Assembly: GCF_009914755.1 (NCBI RefSeq)
Contig: NC_060940.1
Source of the DNA: the human T2T-CHM13v2.0 reference genome, Homo sapiens
Length of the DNA stretch: 64,000 bases
Reading direction: 5' to 3' (one strand)
The translations under genes were made by a program, and so were the position numbers. The notes under the pieces are model-generated. The model made no database searches. It was not told the DNA's origin and saw only the letters and a list, made by a program, of their open reading frames with translations. This document shows positions 1 through 15,000 of the stretch, piece after piece (position 1 is the stretch's first letter; each line of letters opens with the position of its first letter).

Positions 1-1700
1 TATGATTCCATTCGATTCCATTCATTGATGATTTCATTCGACTCCATTCGATGATGATTCCTTTCGATTCCATTTGACGATGTTTCCATTCGAGTCCATT
101 CGATGATGATTCTATTCAATTCTGTTCTATTATGATTCCATTCGATTTCATTCAATGCTTCTATTTGATTCCATTCGATGATGATTCCATCTCTTTCCCT
201 TCGATGATTCCATTTGATTCCATTCAGTGATGATTCCATTTGATTCCATCTGATGATGATTTCACTTGATTCCTTTCAATGATGATTCAATTCAAGTCCA
301 TTCTATGATTCCATTGGAGTCCAAACGATCATTCCGTTCGATTCCATTCAATGGTGATTCCATTCATGTCCATTCGATGAATCCATTCAATTCCATTCGA
401 TGATGACTCCATTCGAGTACATTCGATGATTCCATTTGATTCCATTTGAAGATGATTCCATTCAATTCCATTCGAAGATGATTCCATTCAATTCCATTCG
501 ATGATGATTCCGTATGAATCCATTCTCTGATTATTCCATTCGATTCCATTCATTGACGATTCCATTCAATTCCATTCAATGATGATTCTCTTCTATTCCA
601 TTCGATGATTCCGGTCGATTCCATTCGATGATGATTCCATTAGATTCCATTCGATTGTTGCATTCGATTCCCTTCGATGATGATTCCTTTGAATTCCATT
701 CGATTATCATTCCGTATGAATCCATTTGATGATTATTCCATTGGATTCCTTTCGATGATGATTCCATTCGATTCCATTTGATGATGTTTCTCTTGTATTC
801 CATTGGATAATTCCTTTCAGTTCCCTTCGATGATTATTCTTTCGAGTCAATTCGATGATTCTATTCCATTCCCTTCGATGATGATTCCATTTCACTCCAT
901 TTGATGATTCCATTCGACTCAATTTGGGGATGATTCAATTCGATGACATTCGATGACTCCATTCAATTTCATTTGATGATGATTACATTCGAGTCCATTT
1001 GATGATTGTATTCCTTTCCTTTTGATGATTATTCCATGCGTGTCTATTCAAAGGTTCCATTCTATTCCATTCAATGATGATTGCATTTGATTCCATTCAA
1101 TGATTATGGCTATCGATTCCACTCGTTGATTCCATTTGATTCCGTTCGATGATTATTCCGTTAGATTCCATTAGAAGATTCCATTCGATTTTATTCAATG
1201 ATTCCAATGGATTCCATTCAATGATGATTCCATTCGACTCCATTCAGTGATTCCATTCGAGTCCATTTGATGATTCCATTCTTTTCCATTTGATGATGAT
1301 TCCATTAGGGTCCATTCAATGATTCCATTCGAGTCCATTCGTTAATGCCTTTCGAGTCCTTTTGATCACTACATTCGAGTCCATTCAATGATTCTATTCG
1401 ATTCCATTCCATGATGATTCCATTCGAGTTCATTCGATGATTGCATTCGAGTCCATTTGATGATTCCATATGATTCCATTCGACAATGATTCCATTCGTG
1501 TCCATTTGATGATTCCATTCATTTCCTATCGATGAAGATTCCATTCAAGTGTATTCGATGATTCCATTCAAATCCATTCGATGATGATTCCATTCCAGTC
1601 CATTCGATCATTCCACTTGATTCCATTTGATGACTATTCCATTCAAATCCATTTGATGATTCCATTCGATTCCATTCGATGTTACCATTCGAGTATATAC
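1..1700 (+). repeat. Non-canonical HSat2 block, copy cut by the window edge
   Basis: Matches 20609-22308 at offset 20608. Confidence 0.82.
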
Positions 1701-4700
1701 GATGATTCCACTCGATTCCATTTGATGATTATTCCATTGGAGTCCACTTAGTGAATCCTTTAGATTCTACTCGACGATGATTCCATTCGAGTCCATTCGA
1801 TGATACCATTCAATTCCATTCGTTGATGCTTCCATTCAAGTGCATTCGATGATATCATTCGATTCCATTTGATGATAATTCCATTTGATTCCATGCGATG
1901 ATTCTATTCGATTCCATTCAATGATAATTCCATTCAATTCAGTGATTCCTCTGGACTCCATTTGATGATGATTCCATTCAATGATTCCATTCGATTCTAT
2001 TCGAAAATGATTCCATTTGAATCCATTTGATGATGATTCCATTGGATTCCATTTGATGATTCCATTCGATTCCATTCGATGATGATTCCATTCGATTCCT
2101 TTTGATGAATCCATTCTATTGTATTCGATGATGATTCCATTCGATTCCATTCGATGATGATTGGATTCGATTCCATTTGATGATTTCATTTGATTCCATT
2201 CGATAAGGATTTCGATCAACTCCATTCAATGATTCCATTCGATTCCATTCGATAATGATTACATCTGAGCACATTCGATGATTCCATTTGAGCCCGTTCG
2301 ATAATTCCATTTGAGTCCAATCAATGATTCCATTCATTTTCATTCAATGATTCCATTCGAGTCCATTTGATCATTCCGGTAGGGTCCGTTCGATGTTGAT
2401 TCCATTGGAGTGCATTCGATGATTCCATTCGAGTCCATTTTAGGATTTGATTCGAGTCCTTTCGATGATTCCATTCGATTCCACTCGATGATTTCATTCG
2501 AGTCCATTCGACACTTCCAATCGATTCCATTTGATGTTTCCATTCGATTCCAATTGATGATTCCATTCAATTCCATTCGATGATGATTCCGTACGATTCC
2601 ATTCTGTGATGATTCCATGTGATTGCATTCAATGATGATTCCTTTCGATTGCATTCGATTATGATTCATTTCGTGTTCATTCTATGGTTCCACAGGTTTC
2701 CATTCGATGATGTTTCCATTCGTGTCCATTCCATTATTCCTTTCTATTCCATTTGAAGATGATTCCATTCGATTCCATTCATTGGTGATTCCACTCAATT
2801 CCATTCAATGATTCCATTCCATTTCTTTCAACAATGATTCCATTAGTTTCTATTCGATGATCCACTTGATTCCATTTGACGATGATTCCATTCGTGTCCA
2901 TTCGATGATTCCATTTGATTCCATATGATGATGATTCCATTCGATTCCATACGATGATGATTCCATTCGAGTCCATTCAATGGTGATTCCATTCAATTCC
3001 ATTCGATGATTCCTTTCGATTCCATTCAATGATGATGGCATTCGATTCCTTTCGATCATTCCCTTTGATTCCATTCAAAGGTGATTTCATTCAAGTCCAT
3101 TCGATAATTGCATTCGATTCCATTCTATGATGATTCCATTCGAGTCCATTTGATGATTCCATTCAATTCAAGTCAATGATGATTCCATTCGATTCCACTC
3201 GATGATTCCATTGGATTCCATTCGATGATGATTCCATTCAAATCCATTCGATAATTCAATTCAAGTCCATTCGATGATGATTCCAATCGAATCCATTCAA
3301 AGATTCCACTCAATTCCATTCGATGATGATTCCCTTAGATTCCATTCGATGATTCCACTTGATTCCATTTACGATGATTCCATTCGATTCCATGTGATGA
3401 TTCCATTCAATTCTATTCAATGATGTTTCCACTTGATTCCATTCGAACATGATTGCCTTTGATTCCATTCAATGATTCCATACGGTTCCATTTGATGATG
3501 ATTCCATTCGAGTGCATTAGATGATTCCATTCGAGTCCATTCGATGATTCCATTCGATTCCATTCGATGTTGATTCTGTTCAAATCCATTCGATGATTCC
3601 ACTCGATTCCATTCGATGACTCCATTTGATCCCATTCGATGATTTCCTTTGATTCCCTTTGATGATCATTCCATTTGATTCAATTCGGTGATTTCATTTG
3701 ATTCCATTCAGTGATGTTTCCATTCAACTCCTTTCGATGATGATTCCATTCTACTCCATTCGATTATGATTTCATTCAATTCCATTCGATAATGATTCCC
3801 TTCAAGTCCATTCGATGATTCCATTCGATTCCATTCAACGATGATTTGATTCGTGTCCATTCGATGATTCCATTTGATTCCATTTGATGATGATTCCATT
3901 CGAGTCCCTTTGATGATTCCATTCAATTCCATTCTCCGATGATTTCTTTTGAGCCCATTCAATGCTTCCACTCGATTCCATATGATGATGACTCCATTTG
4001 ATGAAATTCCATGATGATTCCATTCGCTTGCATTCGATGATGATTCCACTTGAGTCCGTTAGAAGATTCTATTCAATTACATTCCATGACGATTCTGTTC
4101 GAGTCCATTTGATGATTCCATTAGACTCCATTCGACGATGATTCCATTCGATGTTATTCGATGATGATTCCATTCAACTCCATTCGATGTTTCCATTCGA
4201 GTTCATTCTATTATTCCATTAGATTCCATTCGATGATGATTCCATTCGATTCCATTTGATGATTGCATTCTATTTCATTTGATGATGATTCCATTCGAGT
4301 CCATTCGATGATTCCATTCGAGTCCATTTAATGAATCCATTGGTTTCAATTCTATGATGATTACATTGGATTCCATTCGTTGATGATTTCATTCGATTCC
4401 ATTCAATGATGATTCCATTCAATTCCATTCAATGATTCCATTCAATTCCATACGATGATGATTCCATTTGATTTGATTCGACAGTGAGCCATTCGATTCA
4501 ATTCCATGATGATTCTATTTGATTCAATTGGTTGACATTTCCATTCGATTCCATTCGATGATGATTCCATTTGATTCCATTCAAAGATGATTCCATTCTA
4601 GCCCATTCAATCATTCCATTCGATTCTATTCAATGATGATTCCATTCATGTCGATTTGGTGATTCCATTTGACTTCATTTGATGATGATTCCTTTCAAGT

Positions 4701-4961
4701 TCATTAGATGATTCCATTCGATTCCATTTGATGATGATCCCATTCGAGTCCATTCAGTGATTCCACTCGTTTCCATTCCATGATGATTCCATTCCATTCC
4801 ATTCAATGATTCCATTCGATTCCGTTTGATGATGATTTCATTCGAGTCCATTTGATGATTCCATTTGATTCCATTCGATGATGATTACATTCGAGTCCAT
4901 ACGATGATTCCACTCAATTCCATATGATGATGATTCCATTCGATTCCATTCGATGATTCCA
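1..4961 (+). repeat. Dispersed duplicate, copy 1 (partner 20609-25520); runs off the left edge
   Basis: Offset 20608 (364->20972, 1305->21913, 1836->22444), then 20559 after a 49-bp deletion (2779->23338, 3708->24267). Confidence 0.9.
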
Positions 4962-6077
4962 TTCTATTCTATTCAATGGCGATTCCATTCGAGTACATTA
5001 GATGATTCCATTCGATTCCATTCAATGATGATTCTATTTGTGTCCCTTAGATGGTTCCACATGATTCCATTTCATGATGATACTATTTGAGCCCATCCAA
5101 TGATTCCCTTCGATTCCATTCGATGAGGATTCCATTCGATTCAATTCATTGGTGATTCTATTCAATTCAATTCTTTGATTCCATTCCATTCCATTCGACA
5201 ATGATTCCATTCGATTTCTTTCGATGATTCCACTCGATTCCACTTGACATTGATTCCATTCGATTCCATTCAATGATTCCGTTTGATTCCAGTGGATGAT
5301 GATTGCCATCGATTCCATTCGATCACTCCATTCTATTCCATTTGATGATGATTACATTCGATTCCATTTGATGATTCCATCTGATTCTATTCGAGGATTC
5401 CATTTGATTCCATTCGATGATGATTCCATTCGAGTGCATTCGATGATTTCATTCGAGTACATCCAATGATTCCATTCGAGTCCATTTGATGATTCCATTT
5501 AATTCCATTTGATTATGATTCTACTAGAGTCCATTCAATGACTCCATTCGAATCCATTCAACAATTCCATTCGAGGCCATTCGATGATTCCATTTCATGA
5601 TTCCATTCGAGTCCATTTAATCATTACAGTCGAGTCCATTTGGTGATTCCTTTCAATTCCATTCTATGATGATTCCATTCGAGTCCATTCGATGATTCCA
5701 TTCGATTGCATTCGATGATTCCATTATATTCCATTCAACAATGATTCCATTCGAGTCCATTCGATGATTCCATTAGAGTACATTTAATGATTGCTTTGTT
5801 TTCAATTCGAAGATGATTACATTGGATTCCATTCTATGATACCATTCGATTCCATTCAATGATGATTCCACTCAAATCCATTGGATGATTCCATTCGTGT
5901 CCATTCGGTGATTTCATTAGATTCCATTCGAGGATGATTGCATTCGATTCCATTCGATGATTCCATTCAATTCCATTCGATGATGATTCCATTCCAGTCC
6001 ATATGATCATTCCATTTGATTTCATTCGATGATGATTCCATTCGATTCCATTCGATGATTCCATTCTATTCCATTCG

Positions 6078-9000
6078 ATGATGATTCCATTCGAGTCCAT
6101 TCGATGATTCCATTCGAGTCCATTTAATGATTCCATTGGGTTCAATTCAATGATGATTACATTGGATTCCGTTCTATGATTCCATTCAATTCCGTTCATT
6201 GACAATTTGATTCCATTCGATGATGATTCCATTTGAGTTCATTCGATGATTCTATTTGATTCTCTTCGATGGTGATTCAATTCTATTATATTGGATGATT
6301 CCATTCGATTCCATTTGATGTTGATTCAATTCGATTCTATTCGATGATGATTCCATTGGATTTCACTTGATGATTCTATTCGATTCCATTCAATGATGAT
6401 TCACTTCTCGTCCATTGGATGATTCCATTTCATTCCATTCGACGATGATTCCATTCGATTCCATTCGATGATTCCATTTGATTCCATGCGTCGGTGAGCA
6501 ATTCGATTCAATTCCATGATGATTCTATTTGATTCAATTAGATGATGTTTCCATTCGAATCCATTCCATGATTATTCCATTGGAATCCATTCGGCGATGA
6601 TTCCATATGAGTCAATTCAATGATGATTCCATATGGGTCCGTTCGATGATAATTCCATTTGATTTCATTCGGTGCTTCTATTCAATTCCAGTCGATGATG
6701 ATTCCGTTGGAGTCCATACGATGATTCCATTTGATTTCATTTGATGATGATTCCATTCGATGATGATTACATTGGATTCCATTCTATGATTCCATTCAAT
6801 TCCATTCGTTGATGATTCAATTCCATTCAATGATGATTCCATTTGAGTTCATTCGATGATTCTATTCGATTCCGTTCGATGGTGATTCAATTCTCTTATA
6901 TTGGATGAATCCACTCGATTCCATTTGATGATTATTCCATTGGAGTCCACTTAGTGAATCCTTCAGATTCTACTCGAAGATGATTCCATTCCAGTCCATT
7001 CGATGATACCATTCAATTCCATTCGTTGATGCTTCCATTCAAGTGCATTCGATGATATCATTCGATTCCATTTGATGATAATTCCATTTGATTCCATGCG
7101 ATGATTCTATTCGATTCCATTCAATGATAATTCCATTCAGTTCAGTGATTCCTCTGGACTCCATTTGATGATGATTCCATTCAATGATTCCATTCGATTC
7201 TATTCGAAAATGATTCCATTTGAATCCATTTGATGATGATTCCATTAGATTCCATTTGATGATTCCATTCGATTCCATTTGACGATGATTCCATTCGATT
7301 CCATTTGATGATTCCATTCTATTCTATTCGATGATGATTCCATTCGATTCCATTCGATGATGATTGGATTTGATTCCATTTGATGATTTCATTTGATTCC
7401 ATTCGTTAATGATTTCGATCAATTCCATTCGATGATTCCATTCGATTCCATTCGATAATGATTACATCCGTGTCCATTCAATGATTCCATTTGAGCCTGT
7501 TCGATAATTCCATTTGATTCCAACCAATGATTCCATTCATTTCCATTCAATGATTCCATTCGAGTCCATTTGATCATTCCGGTAGGGTCCATTCGATGTT
7601 GATTCCATTGGAGTGCATTCGATGATTCCATTCGAGTCCATTTTAGGATTTGATTCGAGTCCTTTCGATGATTCCATTCGATTCCACTCGATGATGATTT
7701 CATTCGAGTCCATTCGACACTTCCAATCGATTCCATTTGATGTTTCCATTCGATTCCAATTGATGATTCCATTCAATTCCATTCGATGATGATTCCGTAC
7801 GATTCCATTCTGTGATGATTCCATGTGATTGCATTCAATGATGATTCCTTTCGATTGCATTCGATTATGATTCATTTCGTGTTCATTCTATGGTTCCACA
7901 GGTTTCCATTCGATGATGTTTCCATTCGTGTCCATTCCATTATTCCTTTCTATTCCATTTGAAGATGATTCCATTCGATTCCATTCATTGGTGATTCCAC
8001 TCAATTCCATTCAATGATTCCATTCCATTTCTTTCAACAATGATTCCATTAGTTTCTATTCGATGATCCACTTGATTCCATTTGACGATGATTCCATTCG
8101 TGTCCATTCGATGATTCCATTTGATTCCATATGATGATGATTCCATTCGATTCCATACGATGATGATTCCATTCGAGTCCATTCAATGGTGATTCCATTC
8201 AATTCCATTCGATGATTCCTTTCGATTCCATTCAATGATGATGGCATTCGATTCCTTTCGATCATTCCCTTTGATTCCATTCAAAGGTGATTTCATTCAA
8301 GTCCATTCGATAATTGCATTCGATTCCATTCTATGATGATTCCATTCGAGTCCATTCGATGATTCCATTCGAGTCCATTTAATGATTCCATTGGGTTCAA
8401 TTCAATGATGATTACATTGGATTCCGTTCTATGATTCCATTCAATTCCGTTCATTGACAATTTGATTCCATTCGATGATGATTCCATTTGAGTTCATTCG
8501 ATGATTCTATTTGATTCTCTTCGATGGTGATTCAATTCTATTATATTGGATGATTCCATTCGATTCCATTTGATGTTGATTCAATTCGATTCTATTCGAT
8601 GATGATTCCATTGGATTTCACTTGATGATTCTATTCGATTCCATTCAATGATGATTCACTTCTCGTCCATTGGATGATTCCATTTCATTCCATTCGATGA
8701 TGATTCCATTCGATTCCATTCGATGATTCCATTTGATTCCATGCGTCGGTGAGCAATTCGATTCAATTCCATGATGATTCTATTTGATTCAATTAGATGA
8801 TGTTTCCATTCGAATCCATTCCATGATTATTCCATTGGAATCCATTCGGCGATGATTCCATATGAGTCAATTCAATGATGATTCCATATGGGTCCGTTCG
8901 ATGATAATTCCATTTGATTTCATTCGGTGCTTCTATTCAATTCCAGTCGATGATGATTCCGTTGGAGTCCATACGATGATTCCATTTGATTTCATTTGAT

Positions 9001-12000
9001 GATGATTCCATTCGATGATGATTACATTGGATTCCATTCTATGATTCCATTCAATTCCATTCGTTGATGATTCGATTCCATTCAATGATGATTCCATTTG
9101 AGTTCATTCGATGATTCTATTCGATTCCGTTCGATGGTGATTCAATTCTCTTATATTGGATGAATCCACTCGATTCCATTTGATGATTATTCCATTGGAG
9201 TCCACTTAGTGAATCCTTCAGATTCTACTCGAAGATGATTCCATTCCAGTCCATTCGATGATACCATTCAATTCCATTCGTTGATGCTTCCATTCAAGTG
9301 CATTCGATGATATCATTCGATTCCATTTGATGATAATTCCATTTGATTCCATGCGATGATTCTATTCGATTCCATTCAATGATAATTCCATTCAGTTCAG
9401 TGATTCCTCTGGACTCCATTTGATGATGATTCCATTCAATGATTCCATTCGATTCTATTCGAAAATGATTCCATTTGAATCCATTTGATGATGATTCCAT
9501 TAGATTCCATTTGATGATTCCATTCGATTCCATGCGACGATGATTCCATTCGATTCCATTTGATGATTCCATTCTATTCTATTCGATGATGATTCCATTC
9601 GATTCCATTCGATGATGATTGGATTTGATTCCATTTGATGATTTCATTTGATTCCATTCGTTAATGATTTCGATCAATTCCATTCGATGATTCCATTCGA
9701 TTCCATTCGATAATGATTACATCCGTGTCCATTCAATGATTCCATTTGAGCCTGTTCGATAATTCCATTTGATTCCAACCAATGATTCCATTCATTTCCA
9801 TTCAATGATTCCATTCGAGTCCATTTGATCATTCCGGTAGGGTCCATTCGATGTTGATTCCATTGGAGTGCATTCGATGATTCCATTCGAGTCCATTTTA
9901 GGATTTGATTCGAGTCCTTTCGATGATTCCATTCGATTCCACTCGATGATGATTTCATTCGAGTCCATTCGACACTTCCAATCGATTCCATTTGATGTTT
10001 CCATTCGATTCCAATGGATGATTCCATTCAATTCCATTCGATGATGATTCCGTACGATTCCATTCTGTGATGATTCCATGTGATTGCATTCAATGATGAT
10101 TCCTTTCGATTGCATTCGATTATGATTCATTTCGTGTTCATTCTATGGTTCCACAGGTTTCCATTCGATGATGTTTCCATTCGTGTCCATTCCATTATTC
10201 CTTTCTATTCCATTTGAAGATGATTCCATTCGATTCCATTCATTGGTGATTCCACTCAATTCCATTCAATGATTCCATTCCATTTCTTTCAACAATGATT
10301 CCATTAGTTTCTATTCGATGATCCACTTGATTCCATTTGACGATGATTCCATTCGTGTCCATTCGATGATTCCATTTGATTCCATATGATGATGATTCCA
10401 TTCGATTCCATACGATGATGATTCCATTCGAGTCCATTCAATGGTGATTCCATTCAATTCCATTCGATGATTCCTTTCGATTCCATTCAATGATGATGGC
10501 ATTCGATTCCTTTCGATCATTCCCTTTGATTCCATTCAAAGGTGATTTCATTCAAGTCCATTCGATAATTGCATTCGATTCCATTCTATGATGATTCCAT
10601 TCGAGTCCATTCGATGATTCCATTCGAGTCCATTTAATGATTCCATTGGGTTCAATTCAATGATGGTTACATTGGATTCCGTTCTATGATTCCATTCAAT
10701 TCCGTTCATTGACAATTTGATTCCATTCGATGATGATTCCATTTGAGTTCATTCGATGATTCTATTTGATTCTCTTCGATGGTGATTCAATTCTATTATA
10801 TTGGATGATTCCATTCGATTCCATTTGATGTTGATTCAATTCGATTCTATTCGATGATGATTCCATTGGATTTCACTTGATGATTCTATTCGATTCCATT
10901 CAATGATGATTCACTTCTCGTCCATTGGATGATTCCATTTCATTCCATTCGATGATGATTCCATTCGATTCCATTCGATGATTCCATTTGATTCCATGCG
11001 TCGGTGAGCAATTCGATTCAATTCCATGATGATTCTATTTGATTCAATTAGATGATGTTTCCATTCGAATCCATTCCATGATTATTCCATTGGAATCCAT
11101 TCGGCGATGATTCCATATGAGTCAATTCAATGATGATTCCATATGGGTCCGTTCGATGATAATTCCATTTGATTTCATTCGGTGCTTCTATTCAATTCCA
11201 GTCGATGATGATTCCGTTGGAGTCCATACGATGATTCCATTTGATTTCATTTGATGATGATTCCATTCGATGATGATTACATTGGATTCCATTCTATGAT
11301 TCCATTCAATTCCATTCGTTGATGATTCGATTCCATTCAATGATGATTCCATTTGAGTTCATTCGATGATTCTATTCGATTCCGTTCGATGGTGATTCAA
11401 TTCTCTTATATTGGATGAATCCACTCGATTCCATTTGATGATTATTCCATTGGAGTCCACTTAGTGAATCCTTCAGATTCTACTCGAAGATGATTCCATT
11501 CCAGTCCATTCGATGATACCATTCAATTCCATTCGTTGATGCTTCCATTCAAGTGCATTCGATGATATCATTCGATTCCATTTGATGATAATTCCATTTG
11601 ATTCCATGCGATGATTCTATTCGATTCCATTCAATGATAATTCCATTCAGTTCAGTGATTCCTCTGGACTCCATTTGATGATGATTCCATTCAATGATTC
11701 CATTCGATTCTATTCGAAAATGATTCCATTTGAATCCATTTGATGATGATTCCATTAGATTCCATTTGATGATTCCATTCGATTCCATGCGACGATGATT
11801 CCATTCGATTCCATTTGATGATTCCATTCTATTCTATTCGATGATGATTCCATTCGATTCCATTCGATGATGATTGGATTTGATTCCATTTGATGATTTC
11901 ATTTGATTCCATTCGTTAATGATTTCGATCAATTCCATTCGATGATTCCATTCGATTCCATTCGATAATGATTACATCCGTGTCCATTCAATGATTCCAT

Positions 12001-15000
12001 TTGAGCCTGTTCGATAATTCCATTTGATTCCAACCAATGATTCCATTCATTTCCATTCAATGATTCCATTCGAGTCCATTTGATCATTCCGGTAGGGTCC
12101 ATTCGATGTTGATTCCATTGGAGTGCATTCGATGATTCCATTCGAGTCCATTTTAGGATTTGATTCGAGTCCTTTCGATGATTCCATTCGATTCCACTCG
12201 ATGATGATTTCATTCGAGTCCATTCGACACTTCCAATCGATTCCATTTGATGTTTCCATTCGATTCCAATGGATGATTCCATTCAATTCCATTCGATGAT
12301 GATTCCGTACGATTCCATTCTGTGATGATTCCATGTGATTGCATTCAATGATGATTCCTTTCGATTGCATTCGATTATGATTCATTTCGTGTTCATTCTA
12401 TGGTTCCACAGGTTTCCATTCGATGATGTTTCCATTCGTGTCCATTCCATTATTCCTTTCTATTCCATTTGAAGATGATTCCATTCGATTCCATTCATTG
12501 GTGATTCCACTCAATTCCATTCAATGATTCCATTCCATTTCTTTCAACAATGATTCCATTAGTTTCTATTCGATGATCCACTTGATTCCATTTGACGATG
12601 ATTCCATTCGTGTCCATTCGATGATTCCATTTGATTCCATATGATGATGATTCCATTCGATTCCATACGATGATGATTCCATTCGAGTCCATTCAATGGT
12701 GATTCCATTCAATTCCATTCGATGATTCCTTTCGATTCCATTCAATGATGATGGCATTCGATTCCTTTCGATCATTCCCTTTGATTCCATTCAAAGGTGA
12801 TTTCATTCAAGTCCATTCGATAATTGCATTCGATTCCATTCTATGATGATTCCATTCGAGTCCATTCGATGAATCCATTCGAGTCCATTTAATGATTCCA
12901 TTGGGTTCAATTCAATGATGATTACATTGGATTCCGTTCTATGATTCCATTCAATTCCGTTCATTGACAATTTGATTCCATTCGATGATGATTCCATTTG
13001 AGTTCATTCGATGATTCTATTTGATTCTCTTCGATGGTGATTCAATTCTATTATATTGGATGATTCCATTCGATTCCATTTGATGTTGATTCAATTCGAT
13101 TCTATTCGATGATGATTCCATTGGATTTCACTTGATGATTCTATTCGATTCCATTCAATGATGATTCACTTCTCGTCCATTGGATGATTCCATTTCATTC
13201 CATTCGATGATGATTCCATTCGATTCCATTTGATGATTCCATTTGATTCCATGTGTCGGTGAGCAATTCGATTCAATTCCATGATGATTCTATTTGATTC
13301 AATTAGATGATGTTTCCATTCGAATCCATTCCATGATTATTCCATTGGAATCCATTCGGCGATGATTCCATATGAGTCAATTCAATGATGATTCCATATG
13401 GGTCCGTTCGATGATAATTCCATTTGATTTCATTCGGTGCTTCTATTCAATTCCAGTCGATGATGATTCCGTTGGAGTCCATACGATGATTCCATTTGAT
13501 TTCATTTGATGATGATTCCATTCGATGATGATTACATTGGATTCCAGTCTATGATTCCATTCAATTCCATTCGTTGATGATTCGATTCCATTCAATGATG
13601 ATTCCATTTGAGTTCATTCGATGATTCTATTCGATTCCATTCGATGGTGATTCAATTCTCTTATATTGGATGAATCCACTCGATTCCATTTGATGATTAT
13701 TCCATTGGAGTCCACTTAGTGAATCCTTCAGATTCTACTCGAAGATGATTCCATTCCAGTCCATTCGATGATACCATTCAATTCCATTCGTTGATGCTTC
13801 CATTCAAGTGCATTCGATGATATCATTCGATTCCATTTGATGATAATTCCATTTGATTCCATGCGATGATTCTATTCGATTCCATTCAATGATAATTCCA
13901 TTCAGTTCAGTGATTCCTCTGGACTCCATTTGATGATGATTCCATTCAATGATTCCATTCGATTCTATTCGAAAATGATTCCATTTGAATCCATTTGATG
14001 ATGATTCCATTAGATTCCATTTGATGATTCCATTCGATTCCATGCGACGATGATTCCATTCGATTCCATTTGATGATTCCATTCTATTCTATTCGATGAT
14101 GATTCCATTCGATTCCATTCGATGATGATTGGATTTGATTCCATTTGATGATTTCATTTGATTCCATTCGTTAATGATTTCGATCAATTCCATTCGATGA
14201 TTCCATTCGATTCCATTCGATAATGATTACATCCGTGTCCATTCAATGATTCCATTTGAGCCTGTTCGATAATTCCATTTGATTCCAACCAATGATTCCA
14301 TTCATTTCCATTCAATGATTCCATTCGAGTCCATTTGATCATTCCGGTAGGGTCCATTCGATGTTGATTCCATTGGAGTGCATTCGATGATTCCATTCGA
14401 GTCCATTTTAGGATTTGATTCGAGTCCTTTCGATGATTCCATTCGATTCCACTCGATGATGATTTCATTCGAGTCCATTCGACACTTCCAATCGATTCCA
14501 TTTGATGTTTCCATTCGATTCCAATTGATGATTCCATTCAATTCCATTCGATGATGATTCCGTACGATTCCATTCTGTGATGATTCCATGTGATTGCATT
14601 CAATGATGATTCCTTTCGATTGCATTCGATTATGATTCATTTCGTGTTCATTCTATGGTTCCACAGGTTTCCATTCGATGATGTTTCCATTCGTGTCCAT
14701 TCCATTATTCCTTTCTATTCCATTTGAAGATGATTCCATTCGATTCCATTCATTGGTGATTCCACTCAATTCCATTCAATGATTCCATTCCATTTCTTTC
14801 AACAATGATTCCATTAGTTTCTATTCGATGATCCACTTGATTCCATTTGACGATGATTCCATTCGTGTCCATTCGATGATTCCATTTGATTCCATATGAT
14901 GATGATTCCATTCGATTCCATACGATGATGATTCCATTCGAGTCCATTCAATGGTGATTCCATTCAATTCCATTCGATGATTCCTTTCGATTCCATTCAA

